In this document: positions 13,544-25,993 of the stretch, in pieces
Position numbering within the stretch: the first letter of the stretch is position 1
How the letters are laid out: each line of letters begins with the position of its first letter
DNA from: Octopus vulgaris
Lineage: Eukaryota
Assembly: GCA_951406725.2 (NCBI GenBank)
Contig: OX597836.1
Span: 44,144,001 to 44,208,000, forward strand
Direction of reading: 5' to 3'
DNA length: 64,000 nt
The notes under the pieces: generated by a model
Database searches by the model: none
The model's input: the letters and a program-made list of their open reading frames with translations, nothing else
Told to the model about the DNA's origin: nothing
Made by a program: the position numbers and the translations under genes

Positions 13544-13960
13544 GGATCTTTTCGGTTTGAACGTCAGTTTTTTCTAGCGGTATCATATGAAATTGTCACC
13601 CATAATTATGACCCTAGTATCGATCTATTGCATTTCAATCTCTTTTAGGGTTAGGGTTAGGGGTGGGGGGAGGGTATCTTTTTTTCTTCACAAATGTAAA
13701 TAAACCCAATCTGTTTCTTAAACGAGGGACATATTCATACGGCACAGAATGTTTTTTACCTCAATAGACGTCATTGATTGGTTGAAATTGCAGAAATTGA
13801 AGAAAAACAACAACAAATATCTTACAAACTATAGAATTTTCTCAATAAAGCCAAGAGAAAAAAATGTTTTATAAACACATTCTACCAGTATACGAAGTTT
13901 AAAAGTGTTTAGTTACGTGGAAATTATTTTAAAAAACTGCCGGTCAAACCGAAACGATCC
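13544..13960. mobile_element. Non-autonomous DNA transposon (MITE) with ~30-bp TIRs and 8-bp TSD
   Basis: TIRs ggatcttttcggtttgaacgtcagtttttt / aaaaaactgccggtcaaaccgaaacgatcc; TSD tgcatctt at 13536-13543 and 13961-13968; internal (TTAGGG)3. Confidence 0.88.
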
Positions 13961-14191
13961 TGCATCTTGACATGAACTTGCATTTTGGTTCCTGTCTTCT
14001 TTCTTCAATATCCTTTCAGAATATTACTTAAAATGAGGCTTAGCTATTACAGGTGTTAAATACTCCCTTGTCAAATTCACAGAGATGCCACAAAGACTGA
14101 ATTTCAAATTTAGTTGTTGATCAACGAAGACATAACTGAAGATGGTCCGATGGATTAATTACCAGAAGAATTTTTACAGTTAGTGTTGTTG

Positions 14192-14555
14192 CTGTTGCTG
14201 TTTGTTTGTTGAGCGAGGCGGTCTTCGTCCCAGTGTGGGAGAAGTCCAAAACGTGGTCCTTTGCTATTCGTAAGACCCGCAGAAGAGGAAGCAGGTCAAC
14301 CTCCGACAACGAGAGCATCAGCAGATGGACAAATGCGCATCCAGGCTCAGCGGTTGCGTAGGAAGTCGGGGACAAGAAACAGGAAGAAAGAGTGAGAGAA
14401 AGTTGGAGCGAAAGAGTACAACAGGGGTCGCCACCACCCCCTGCCGGAGCCTCGTGGAGCTTTAGGTGTTTTCGCTCAATAAACACACACAACGTCCAAT
14501 CTGGGAATCGAAACCGCGAGTCCGCTGCCCTGACCATTGGGCCATTGTGCCTCCA
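14192..14555 (-). mobile_element. SINE family C, tail type a
   Basis: Reverse-complement homologue of 3323-3703. Confidence 0.85.
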
Positions 14556-14556
14556 C

Positions 14557-14692
14557 TTGCTGTTGCTGTTGCTGCTGTTGCTGCTGTTGCTGCTGCTGTT
14601 GTTGTTGTTGTTGTTGCTGCTGCTGCTGTTGTTGTTGTTGTTGTTGCTGCTGCTTTTGCTGCTGCTGCTGCTGCTGTTGTTGTTGTTGTTGT
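14557..14692. repeat. (TGC/TGT)n microsatellite
   Basis: Direct reading. Confidence 0.95.
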
Positions 14693-15504
14693 TTTTTAAC
14701 CCCGGGTTAGTCATTGCCATCACATTCATTTTAAGTCAGTGTAAGTAGAAATTCTATATCCGATACATCCATCCCATTCTTTTTAAGACGGGGATTTGAG
14801 GGATGTTTGGCTGTTATTTTGTTTTCGGGTCGAGTGACTGCATAAAGGTTCCGTCGCTGATTCCTCTTTTGAACTTCACGTCACAGCTCCAGGTTCTGGC
14901 AATATTTACCATGAGTTTAAAGCAGCAGCGTTTACAAGTAAATACATCGAATTAATTATGTCGTGAGCAAACAGAAACATTTCTACAGCTCTAAACAGAA
15001 GAAAGGATTGTAAAACCGATCGCTGTTTGTAGAAGAATATTCTAAACGACTGTTTCTTTGTTTCTCTCTTTTTCTCTCCCTCTTTTTATTTCCCTCCCCC
15101 TCTCTCTCTCTTTCCCTCCCCCCCTCTCTCTCTCTCTCTCTCTCTCACTCATTCTCTCTATTCCTTTTCTATCTGGCATTAATATCATTAAACAACATTC
15201 AAAATCAAACATTATACGTTTACTATAGCTTGGCAATCAACCATTTCCGTCCAATGGATGATTAATTTGTACTGTAGATATTTTTAATGATTTTTTTTTC
15301 ACAATGGCTGTAACTGGAGCGGAAAAGTACAAACGATTGTACTTGAAGCATTCGAGGCCTGAAAGCTTAAAGCAGAGTGGAATTGACTGAAATCTGTTGA
15401 GTAAAGTGCACGGATTTAGTAGGGATATTAACATAAATTCAGTTTAGAGAAAATACACCGAGGCAAACTTTAAAGAAGGAAAATCATTAAAAATCACTTA
15501 TACC

Positions 15505-15817
15505 TATTTCTTTACTACCCACAAGGGGCTAAACACAGAGGGGACAAACAAGGACAGACAAACGGATTAAGTCGATTATATCGACCCCAGTGCGTAACTG
15601 GTACTTATTTAATCGACCCCGAAAGGATGAAAGGCAAAGTCAACCTCGGCGGAATTTGAACTCAGAACGTAACGTCAGACGAAATACCTATTTCTTTACT
15701 ACCCAAAAGGGGCTAAACACAGAGGGGACAAACAAGGCCAGATTTAATAGGTATTAAGTCGATTACATCGGCTACGCATTTCACTCGGCGTGCTAACGTT
15801 TCTGTCAGCTCACCGCC
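15505..15817 (-). mobile_element. SINE B1 dimer, one unit internally deleted
   Basis: Junction at 15689; TSD ttaaaaatc(a/c)cttatacc. Confidence 0.88.
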
Positions 15818-15907
15818 TTAAAAATCCCTTATACCATGTTAGATGAAGAAACAGAGTTGAGAGATTTGGGTCGAATGCAGACATAGACTTGTTTATGAAT
15901 TAATGAT

Positions 15908-16190
15908 CACCGTGATCACCATGACCGATCAGGCTATCAGGCTGGTCACAATGCGCTTCGCATTGTTTTAGCCTTCAAATGACACGAACCCGCTGGCTAA
16001 GCGAGCAGGCCAACAGAAGAAAGAGTGAAAGAAAGTTGTGGCGAAAGAGTACAGCGGGGGTCGCCTCCACCCCCTGCCGGAGCCTCGTGAAGCATTAGGT
16101 GTTTTCGCTCAATAAACTCTCTCAACGCCCGGTCTGGGAATCGAAACCGCGAGTCCGCTGCCCTAACCACTGGGTCATTGCGCCTCCACA
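15908..16190 (-). mobile_element. SINE family C, tail type c
   Basis: C head at 16050-16190 with a different 3' module; TSD-like atg(a/g)attaatga. Confidence 0.8.
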
Positions 16191-16411
16191 TGGATTAATG
16201 AATTGGACAGCATATAAGATATGTAAATGAAGGAAATGCTTAGGAAGGAATGTTGTAGTTCTATTAGTTTAATACTAAAATCTGAGGTAAATAACATGAA
16301 ATAGATATAGTAGAAGGTATTAGTAGCCTTCGTTCAACATATAGGTCTCTTTTGATATTCTGAACTGATTAAAGGTGAAGGGAAATTATGACTAGATTTA
16401 TGTTACACAAG

Positions 16412-16650
16412 TGGATGCGCGTGGCTTAGTGGTTAGGGTGTCAGCATCATGGTCGTAAGATTATGGCTTCGATTCCTGGACCGGGCGACGCGTTGTGTTC
16501 TTGAGCAAAACACTTCATTTCACGTTGCTCCAGTCCACTCAGCTACAAAAATGAGTAACGCTGCGATGGACTGGCGTCCCGTCCAGCTGGGAAACACATA
16601 CGCCATAGAAACCGGGCCAATGAGCCTGGCTAGGCTTGAAAAAGGGCGTA
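16412..16650 (+). mobile_element. SINE family D head with tail type d (V-domain-like)
   Basis: gcgcgtggcttagtggttaggg head, ttgagcaaaacactt CORE-like block, ctgcgatggactggcgtcccgtccag block. Confidence 0.8.
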
Positions 16651-17175
16651 TTTATCTATTTATTTATTTATTTATTTTATATTACACAAAAACTAATAGA
16701 GAAAGATACGATAGAGACTCTTTCAACTAGGAAATTAATATTAAATATTCCGGTAAAACGAAAGTGTTACAAGGAGCTACAAAAATATATAACACTAAAT
16801 TTTTAAAATCTGGTTTTTCAAATTGTGAGTTAAATGACACTTGGAAACAAAAACAATAGCAAATATTACCACAAAGCCAGCAATCTCGGGGTGTGGTCAG
16901 TCGATTGCATCGACCCTTCTACTTAACTGGTGTTTATTTTATCGACCCCGAAAGGATAAGCGGTAAAGTTGACCTGTATACAGTTTGAACACAGAACGTG
17001 AAGATGGACAAAATGTCGCTAAGTGTTTCGCCTGGAGTGCTTAAGATTCTGCCAGTCCAGAGCTCCAAGCAAGGAGCTCAACAAAAATATCCATCCAAAA
17101 ATATTTACTGGAAAAAATTTACAGGCTTCCATTCACAAGAAACAGCTGATTGCCAAGCAACAACCGTTGTATACC

Positions 17176-17772
17176 TAATTCTTTACTACCCACAAGGGGC
17201 TAAACACAGAAAGGACAAACAAGGACAGACAAACGGATTAAGTCGATTATATCGACCCCAGTGCGTAACAGGTACTTATTTAATCGACCCGAAAGGATGA
17301 AAGGCAAAGTCGACCACGGCGGAATTTGAACTCAGAACGTAGCGGCAGACGAAATACCTATTTCTTTACTACCCACAGGGGGCTAAACATAGAGGGGACA
17401 AACAAGGCCAGACACAGGTATTAAGTCGATTACATCGACCCCAATGTGTAACTGGTACTCATTTAATCGACCCGAAAGGATGAAAGGCAAAGTCGACTTC
17501 GGCGGAATTTGAACTCAGAACGTAACGGCAGACGAAATACCTATTTCTTTACTACCCACAAGGGGCTAAACATAGAGAGGACAAACAAGGCCAGACATAG
17601 GTATTAAGTAGGTTACATCGATCCCAGTGCGTAACTAGTACTCATTTAATCGACCCCGAAAGGATGAAAGGCAAAGTCGACCTAGGCGGAATTTGAACTC
17701 AGAACGTAGCAGCAGACGAAATACTGCTAAGTATTTCGCCCGGCGTGCTAACGTTTCTGCCAGCTCGCCGCC
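17176..17772 (-). mobile_element. SINE B1 array: head + three 183-bp units
   Basis: Boundaries at 17176, 17359, 17542; TSD acaaccgttgtatac. Confidence 0.92.
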
Positions 17773-17984
17773 CTAATACAACCGTTGTATACGGTCTGGT
17801 TTAAACTTTGGTTGAAGATCTTAATGCAAGAGCAAAAAGGAATACAGAAAACGAATTTGGGAGGGAGAGAGAGAGGATGAACAAGGAATCCCTGGGAATA
17901 TTCCTCTTCTGATAATGATAGATTTTGCAATTTGCACTATTGGTTTGAAAAGAAGGTCTATTTACTCTTGATATAAAAGACTCG

Positions 17985-18181
17985 GGCGTGGCTGTGTTGT
18001 AAGAAGCTTGCTTTCCAGCTTCATGGTTTTGAATTCAGCCCCACGGCATTGCACCTTGGCCAAGTGTCTTCTGCTATAGACTCGGGCCGACTAGGGACTT
18101 GTCAGCGGATTTGGCAGACGAAAACTGAAAGAAGCCCGTCGTAGGTGTGTGTATGTGTTTGTGTGTATGTGTTTGTGTGTC

Positions 18182-18219
<38 letters not shown>

Positions 18220-18685
18220 TGTCTGTCTGTATGTGTGTTTGTCCCTGCTACCTATTTCTATTTCTTTACTACCCACAGGGGGCTAAACACAGAGAGGACA
18301 AACAAGGACACACAAACGGAGTAAGTCGATTATATTGACCCCAGTGCGTAACTGGTACTTATTTAATCGACCCCGAAAGGATGAAAGGCAAAGTCGACCT
18401 CGACGGAATTTGAACTCAGAAGATAACCGCAGACGAAATACCACTAAGAATTTCACCCGGCGTGCTACCGTTTCTGCCAGCTCGCCTTGTCCCTGCTACC
18501 GCTTGACAACTCGCATTGATGTGTTTACGTCCCCGTAAACTAGCGGTTCGGCAAAAGTGAACGATAGAATAATAACCTGGTTTTAAAAAATAAGTACTGA
18601 GGTCGATTCATTTTCGACCAAAGATTCTTGAAAGCAGTGCTCCAGTATGGTCGCAGTCTAATGAGTGAAACGAGTAAAAGGTAAA
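17985..18685 (+). mobile_element. Older SINE family A copy interrupted by a B1 insertion
   Basis: A head at 17985-18140; A tail resumes after 18500. Confidence 0.8.
18253..18486 (-). mobile_element. SINE B1 monomer nested in SINE A
   Basis: Perfect 14-bp TSD ttgtccctgctacc (18239-18252, 18487-18500). Confidence 0.92.
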
Positions 18686-18949
18686 AAGTTTTACATATTC
18701 TTTTTTTTATCTAAACTCTTACCCAACCCTATATTTATTCTGGACCGTCCTTGTAATGTACTTTCTCATTCCATGCTTCTGTGGCAAATACGAGAAATCT
18801 TCATCATCATTATTATTATTATTATCATTTTTATTGAATGTAATTGTTTGAAGTGTTTTTTATAGCAGCAAAAAGTGATTTTCTTTGTCCGCTAAAAAGA
18901 CCAAAATCTTGTCATGAAATAGAGAAAAAAACGTAACCGCAGAATATTT

Positions 18950-19150
18950 ACGGAGTGTAAAAGAAAACAACCACATACATTATTTCTGGTTGCCCATTCT
19001 TAACCAGAAGAGAGAATATAAACAAACATGACTGAGCTTGCAAATTGGCAATAATACCACCATTATATAATTCCCACATAGAACGGGATAGTACAAACAC
19101 AACTTAGCAGATCACAGAGAATGATATAAAGACTACATTCTGGAATTAGG
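18950..19150 (+). pseudogene. Highly decayed R4/Dong-like zinc-knuckle region
   Basis: TTTYIISGCPFLTRRE...KHD resembles TINHIISSCPVLAKKEY...RHD at ~21630. Confidence 0.5.
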
Positions 19151-19587
19151 GGATTCTAAAAATATGGAGATTAGGGGAACATTATCCTGATGATATTATG
19201 AATGACAGTAGGAGAAGAGCTCCAAATCGTGATATCGGTTTTAATGGATGGCATTTATAGCTCTGAAAGAAAAGGTGAAAATATTCCCATGCAAAATCTT
19301 GGTAATAGAGATAGCTATAGTGTGAAGTTAGAAAACAAAATTAATTCTCTTAAAGATATAGAGGGCGTACTGACAAAGCAGGGACATCTCAAGACGTAAG
19401 CATATAAACAACATGGAAAAGAGAGCATCACCACACACTGCAAAGATTTGGCATAGAACACTTTGAATACATCAGAGAGGGGAAAATGCGTGTGTACTGA
19501 AAGACTCAGAGAATCGTGTTCTTTCTTATCAGAAGAGAGCTCAATAAAAGTACAAGACTACTGGAATGATGAAGATTATAATGATGA

Positions 19588-19880
19588 TGGTCGCTTGCGT
19601 CATTGTCGATGTATGAGTGTTTGAAGAGGAGGATTTAAAAACAAAAACAAAAAGAGAGAGAGAAGGGCAGAGAGAGAAAACAGGTTTTAAAAATAAAAGA
19701 ACAAAAGAAGCTACATCTACTGGTGATGGATGCTTGAATGAAATTTGAGTCCTGGGTTATGGATTTTGCTATGAAGGCGCAATGGGGAGGGACACTGGTG
19801 GGTTTGATTTTGCCTGGGATTGTCTGTTGATTGCATGATGTAGTTCTTTTATTGCCCTTTTTCTCCATCTCAAATAATAA
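19588..19880 (+). repeat. ~280-bp dispersed repeat ending in (AAT)n; probable LINE 3' UTR
   Basis: Clear homologue at 24200-24470; both end ...ttctcca(t/a)ctcaaataataatgat. Confidence 0.7.
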
Positions 19881-19974
19881 TGATAATAATAATAATAATA
19901 ATAATAGCAATAATAATAATAATGATGATGATGGTGATGACGACGACGACGACGATGATGATGATGATGATGAT

Positions 19975-20166
19975 AGTTTCTAATTTTGGCTCAAGGCCAG
20001 CAATTTCGGAGGAGGGTGTAAGAGTCAATTACATTGACCCCGGTGCTCAACTGGTACTTATTTGGATGCCCCGGAAGGATCAACTGTAGAACTCAGATCG
20101 TGGAGACGGACGAAATGCTGCTAAGCTTTTCGTCTGGCATAATAACGATTCTGACAGCTGTCCGCC
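19975..20166 (-). mobile_element. Old SINE B2
   Basis: Diverged reverse-complement B body. Confidence 0.7.
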
Positions 20167-20618
20167 CTACGTGTGTATGTGTATGGCGCACAAGGAGGAC
20201 GAAAACCGAAACATCCAAAGAACTACAAACAAAATAACAACCGTAAGACTAGAAAAACTACTTAAAACCAGTCAAAGAGCCAAAGGAAGCTAATAAGCCT
20301 AATAAAATACATGAAAAAGACCTTTTTCTGTATATATTTAAGGAGATGGCAAAATGTATATACAGGAAATCAATAACACTAAAATATCAAATGAACGAAA
20401 CGAAAGGGTGAGAAAAGCAGAGGGGAACACTCAAAATAGATTTTGCAAAAACGTGTTAAAGAAAAATGGAGAGAGGAAAAATTCTCCATGGCTAATATCC
20501 TGTGAGACTCAAGAGAGCAGGAGTGAGAGCGGAAGCCAGCAATGGATCGCAGGCTCGGGCTGAATGCAGAAAGTAGCTGCTGGGGACAAATCGTTGGCCA
20601 CGAATAAATACAGAGATA

Positions 20619-21017
20619 AAGGAGTGGCTGTGTGGTAAGTAGCTTGTTTACCAACCACATGGTTTCGGGTTCACTCCCACTGCGTGGCACCTTGGGCAAG
20701 TGTCTTCTACTTTAGCCTCGGGCCGACCAAAGCCTTGTGAGTGGATTTGGTAGACGGAAACTGAAAGAAACCCGTCGTATATATATGTATATATATATAT
20801 GCGTGTGTGCGTTTGTGTGTCTGTGTTTGTCCCCCTAGCATTGCTTGACAACCGATGCTGGTGTGTTTATGTCCCGTTACTTAGCGGTTCGGCAAAAGAG
20901 ACCGATAGAATAAGTACTGGGCTTACAAAAGAATAAGTTCCGGGGTCAAGTTGCTCGATTAAAGGCGGTGCTCCAGCGTGGCCGCAGTCAAATGACTGAA
21001 ACAAGTAAAAGAGTAAA
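20619..21017 (+). mobile_element. SINE family A
   Basis: Near full-length copy. Confidence 0.9.
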
Positions 21018-21039
21018 ACATTGAGAGAATATATAGGTA

Positions 21040-21247
21040 TCAAATTTTGGCACAAGGCCAGCAATTTCGGGGGAAGGGGAAAGTCGACTACATCGACCCC
21101 AAGATTGAACTGGTACTTATTTTATCGACCCCAAAACGATGAAAGGCAAAATCCACTTCGGCGGAATTGGAACTCAGGACGTAAAGACAGACTTAATACT
21201 GCTAAGCATTTTGTCTGATATGCTAATGGTTCTGCCAGCTCACCGCC
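21040..21247 (-). mobile_element. SINE B2
   Basis: Reverse-complement B head and body. Confidence 0.8.
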
Positions 21248-21256
21248 TAAATACTG

Positions 21257-21338
<82 letters not shown>

Positions 21339-21372
21339 TAATAACAATAATAATAATAATAATAATAATAAT

Positions 21373-22270
21373 ACAACAGCAACGAACCATGATAAAACGA
21401 TGGCAAGAAAAACCCCTTCATGGTAAATACTGCACTAAACTAAACGCAAAAGAAATAGACAAAGAAAAATCCCAGCAATGGTTGAGAAGCTCAGGACTCA
21501 AAGCAGAAACAGAGGGATTTTTAATTGCAGCACAAGACCAAAGCCTCCCCACCAGAAATTACCAAAAACATGTAATGAAAAGAAATATTACAAGTAACTG
21601 CAGAATATGTGGAGATGGACAAGAAACAATAAATCATATTATCTCTAGCTGCCCAGTCCTGGCTAAGAAGGAATATATTCACAGACATGACAGAGTTGGA
21701 ACCTACATACATTGGAAGCTATGCCAACATTATGGAATAACAACAGAAAAAAGATGGTATAGGCACACACCAGAAAAGGTCACAGAAAACGAGAAAGCAA
21801 CCATACTCTGGGATATGCCGATACACACAGATAGAGAAATTAAGGCCAACACACCAGATATAGTTGTCAGAGATCATGAAGAAAAAAATGCTTTCTAATT
21901 GATGTATCAATACCGGCAGATGACAACGTGTCTCTAAAAGAAATGGAGAAACTTTCAAAATACAAAGACCTGGAAATAGAGGTAACTAGAATGTGGAATC
22001 TAAAAACAGAAAAAATTCCTATCATAATAGGTGCATTAGGTATGATAAAAAAATATTCAGACAAATACATATAAAAAAAACACCAGGACTTACAAACACA
22101 TATAACATACAGAAAATTGCACTACTAGGCACTGCACACATCCTACGCAGAACACTTTCCATACAATAACCATCAGAGCATCACAACAAATCACAGCACA
22201 TACGTAAGGCACACAGAGCTGCGCTCGGTAGTGAAGTGAAAGCACGCTGTAAAGATAAAACTACTGAATA
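21373..22270 (+). mobile_element. 5'-truncated R4/Dong-clade non-LTR retrotransposon (CCHC finger + restriction-like endonuclease)
   Basis: KPLHG, AAQDQ, CRICGDGQETINHIISSC, RHD, PDIVV; after a frameshift at ~21885 CFLIDVSIP...EKLSKYKDL...GALG...QKIALLGTAHILRRTL (stop at 22167-22169); lies directly after (AAT)n. Confidence 0.92.
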
Positions 22271-22282
22271 GTAGTAGTAGTA

Positions 22283-22494
22283 GTTTCAAATTTTGGCGCA
22301 AGGCCAGCGTTTTCAGGGGATAGTTATATCGATTACGTCGTCCCCAAGATTTAACTGGTACTTATCTAATCGACCCCCGAAAGGATGAAATGCAAGGTCG
22401 ACCCCGGCGGAATTTGAACTCTGAACATAAAGACGGACAAAATGCCACGGAGTATTTTGCTCGGCATGGTAACGACTTTGCCGGTTAGCGGCCT
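22283..22494 (-). mobile_element. SINE B2 (old)
   Basis: Diverged B body; tail faces the Dong-like 3' end. Confidence 0.75.
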
Positions 22495-22514
22495 TAGCGA
22501 TAGAATATATTACT

Positions 22515-22735
22515 CATTTCTTTACTACCCACAAAGGGCTAAACACAGAAGGGACAAACAAGGACAGACAAATGGATTAAGTCGATTACATTGACCCCAG
22601 TGCGTAACTGGTACTTATTTAATCGACCCCAAAAGGATGAAAGGCAAAGTTGACCTCAGCGGAATTTGAACTCAGAACGTAACGGCAGACGAAATACAGA
22701 TAAGCATTTCGCCCGGCCTGCTAACGTTTCTGCAT
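22515..22735 (-). mobile_element. SINE B1 monomer
   Basis: TSD tagaatatattac on both sides. Confidence 0.85.
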
Positions 22736-22784
22736 TCTAACGTTTAGAATATATTACCATCAAGTGCAAACTATGGAACCAATG

Positions 22785-23156
22785 TGGAGGCGCAATGGCC
22801 CAGTGGTTAAGGCAGCGGACTCGCGGTCGTAGGATCGCGGTTTCGATTCCCAGACCGGGCGTTGTGAGTGTTTATTGAGCTAAAGCTCCACGAGGCTCCG
22901 GTAGGGGGTGGTGATCCCTGCTGTACTCTTTCACCACAACTTTCTCTCACTCTTACTTCCTGTTTCTGTTGTACCTGTATTTCAAAGGGCCGGCCTTGTC
23001 ACTCTCTGTGTCACGCTGAATATCCCCGAGAACTGCGTTAAGGGTACACGTGTCTGTGGAGTGCTCAGCCACTTACACGTTAATTTCACGAGCAGGCTGT
23101 TCCGTTGATTCGGATCAACCGGAACCCTCGTCGTCGTAACCGATGGTGTGCTTCCA
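22785..23156 (+). mobile_element. SINE family C, tail type b
   Basis: C head plus ...aaccctcgtcgtcgtaaccga.gg.gtgcttcc end; homologue at 27279-27665. Confidence 0.88.
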
Positions 23157-23614
23157 TATGTAACCAATATAATGTGAAAGTTGACCGCATCATCTCTGGC
23201 TACCCACCACTTAGTAAGTCTACATACGTGCACAGTCTCAATCGTATCGTTAGCTGTCTTAATTGTATGATATGTTGACAGTTACGATATGAAAACGGAC
23301 AAGACAAGAAATAAACTGGACAAATACGATGCATGACAATGATGCAACTACGACCCATGTCTATCAAAAGATTGGAAATAAAAATACATGCGTGCTATTA
23401 ATACGCTTTCGCTTCTGACTTAAACATTGTATAAAAACAACAGGTGAAACAGGAGAAGTACAAGCGTCTTGTAAATGGCGTAAAAGGATATGCGATATGA
23501 AAGTAAAACGAATACCAATAATTATTGGAGCAAGAAGCATGATTAAAACATGAGCAAAAGCATACGAGCCGTAGCAGAGTTCACAATGCTATGTAAAGTA
23601 CATTTACAGATATA

Positions 23615-23666
<52 letters not shown>

Positions 23667-23937
23667 AGAGAGAGAGAGAGAGGGGGAGAAAGAGAGAGAG
23701 AGGGAGAGAGAGAGAAAGAGAGAGAAAGAGAAGGATAATACGTATATACAGGAAGTATTACGTACATGCGACCATGTATTATATATAATATTTGTTTGCA
23801 GTCCTTTACCTTCAGAGTTCAAATCCCGCTTACATCAACTTTACCTTTCAACTTTCTGTAGCCAGTGAGAATACTTCGGACGCTTTTGTTTTAGTAGGAC
23901 AACTTGAGCATCGTACATTCTGCACAGAACATATGTA

Positions 23938-24197
23938 GGAGCACTCCGTCGGTTGCGACGACGAGGGTCCCGGCTGATACGATCAACGGAACAGCTTGCT
24001 CGTGAAATTAATGTGTGACAACATGCATGCCTAGGACCTTTCGATCATAGATGATCGGGTATTACGCAATAATTACATTGTCTTTTAAAACGATAATACC
24101 ACCACCAAAGGAGCACTCCGTCGGTTGCGACGACGAGGGTCCCAGCTGATACGATCAACGGAACAGCTTGCTCGGGAAATTAATGTGTGACAACATG
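23938..24197 (-). repeat. Two local copies of a type-b SINE tail fragment
   Basis: ggagcactccgtcggttgcgacgacgagggtccc...gtgtgacaacatg at ~23938 and ~24110 with the same breakpoint. Confidence 0.8.
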
Positions 24198-24199
24198 TA

Positions 24200-24470
24200 T
24201 GGTCGCTTGTTTGAAGAAGAGGATTTAAAAACAGAAAACAAAAAGAGAGAGAAGAGGGAGAGAGAAAACAGGTTTTAAAAATAAAAGAACAAAAGAATCT
24301 GCATCTACTGGCGATGGATGCTTGCATGTAATTTGAATCCAGGCATGGATTTTGGTATGGAGGCGCAATGGGGACACTGGTGGGTTTGGTTTTGCCTGGG
24401 TTTGGGTAAATGTGTCTGTTGGTTGCAAGATGTAGTTCTTTTATTGCCCTTTTTCTCCAACTCAAATAAT
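24200..24470 (+). repeat. Second copy of the ~280-bp (AAT)n-tailed repeat
   Basis: Homologous to 19588-19880. Confidence 0.7.
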
Positions 24471-24477
24471 AATGATG

Positions 24478-24551
<74 letters not shown>

Positions 24552-24559
24552 AAGAAGAA

Positions 24560-24765
24560 TACTGATGCAGTACCAGGCATGGCTCTCGTGGCTTCTGATC
24601 TTAACTGATTGGAAGTGTTATCATGTACATCATAGATGATCGAGTGGACTGGAGTAACGGGAAATAAAGTGTCTTGCTCAAGGACACAACGCACCGCCGG
24701 GAATTGAACTCATGACCTTAGGATCATGAGCCGAATGCCCCTAACCACTAAGCCACGCGCCTTCA
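24560..24765 (-). mobile_element. SINE family D with another tail type, internally deleted
   Basis: Reverse complement of the D head (ctaaccactaagccacgcgcc) and CORE-like block. Confidence 0.75.
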
Positions 24766-25387
24766 CATAACATACGTAATATTTACCCAAAACTATAATC
24801 AATCAATGAAATAAGAGTCCACATATAACATACAATACACGACCACCATACCGGAAAATTATGCAGGAAGGTCCCTACATGATCAATAACCAACACTGTT
24901 TCTTCAACGACTCGCACACATCTCATGCTTTACACAACTTCCAACGCCATTAACTCCACACAGACCATTCACCACATATTTACATATAATAACCATCTGG
25001 TACTGAAATATTAATATATATGTCACGAATTAATAAGCATTCGAGACATGTTAATCACCAGGCCAAAACAAACAGCAAAAGTAAATCAGGGAACATACTT
25101 AACATAGATCGACAAACAGAAAACAGAATGGTGCAAAACGAGGAGGAATTGGTGATGCAGTGGACATTCGCTAGAAACCGACAGCAAGAGGATTTTTGAT
25201 ATAGGCAGACGGCCTGAAATTTGGGGCGAGGTATTAGAAGTAATGGTCTGGTAATTTATCTCATTGACCACAGAAAGGCGAAAGGTAAAGTAGATGTAAG
25301 TGGGATTTGAACTCGGAAGGTAAAGAACTGCAAACAAATATTATATAGCATACATGGCCGCATGTACGTAATACTTCCTGTAAATAC

Positions 25388-25540
25388 GTGTGGCTGTGTG
25401 GTGAGTAGCTTGCTTACCAACTACATGGTTCCGGGTTCAGTCCCACTGCGTGGCACCTTTGGCAAGTGTCTTCTACTATAGCCTCGGACCGACTATAAGC
25501 CTCGGACCGACTAATAATATAGCCTCGGACCGACTAATAA
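25388..25540 (+). mobile_element. 5' part of SINE A ending in a triplicated agcctcggaccgacta
   Basis: Direct reading. Confidence 0.8.
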
Positions 25541-25884
25541 GCAGCAAAGTACAGCATGACACTTTTTCTTACGTACATCTGTAACCTAAAATTTGTGAGT
25601 TAGAAATGAGAATAGAAAATTTGTTGAGTCAGTCGAGCTTCAAATAAAGTCCACCATAACGAATTATTGAATGTTCGAAAGGAACGGCGTGTTTTTGAAA
25701 TTTCACTTTCCACTCGTTAACGGCATAGGCTTTCAAAAATGTGGTCTTCCTTATCGCCAGATTAACAATTCTTTGGGGTAAAGATGAATTAAGACATCGA
25801 GATGATAGTGACAGATTACTGTCAGTGAAAATTCCGGATAAAACGGAGACAGAGAACTGCATAAATTGCGAAAAAAAATTGATG

Positions 25885-25993
25885 ATACACAGACCCTGTA
25901 ACATTGACAACCCATCTCCTTGCACGGAAAATGGATCATACACAGACCCTGTAACATTGACAACCCATCTCCTTGCACGGAAAATGGATCATA
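25885..25993. repeat. Tandem duplication of about 54 bp
   Basis: atacacagaccctgtaacattgacaacccatctccttgcacggaaaatggatc present twice. Confidence 0.9.

Noticed and set aside
13645-13663. Telomere or chromosome fusion scar
   Set aside because: Only three repeats, inside a TIR element.
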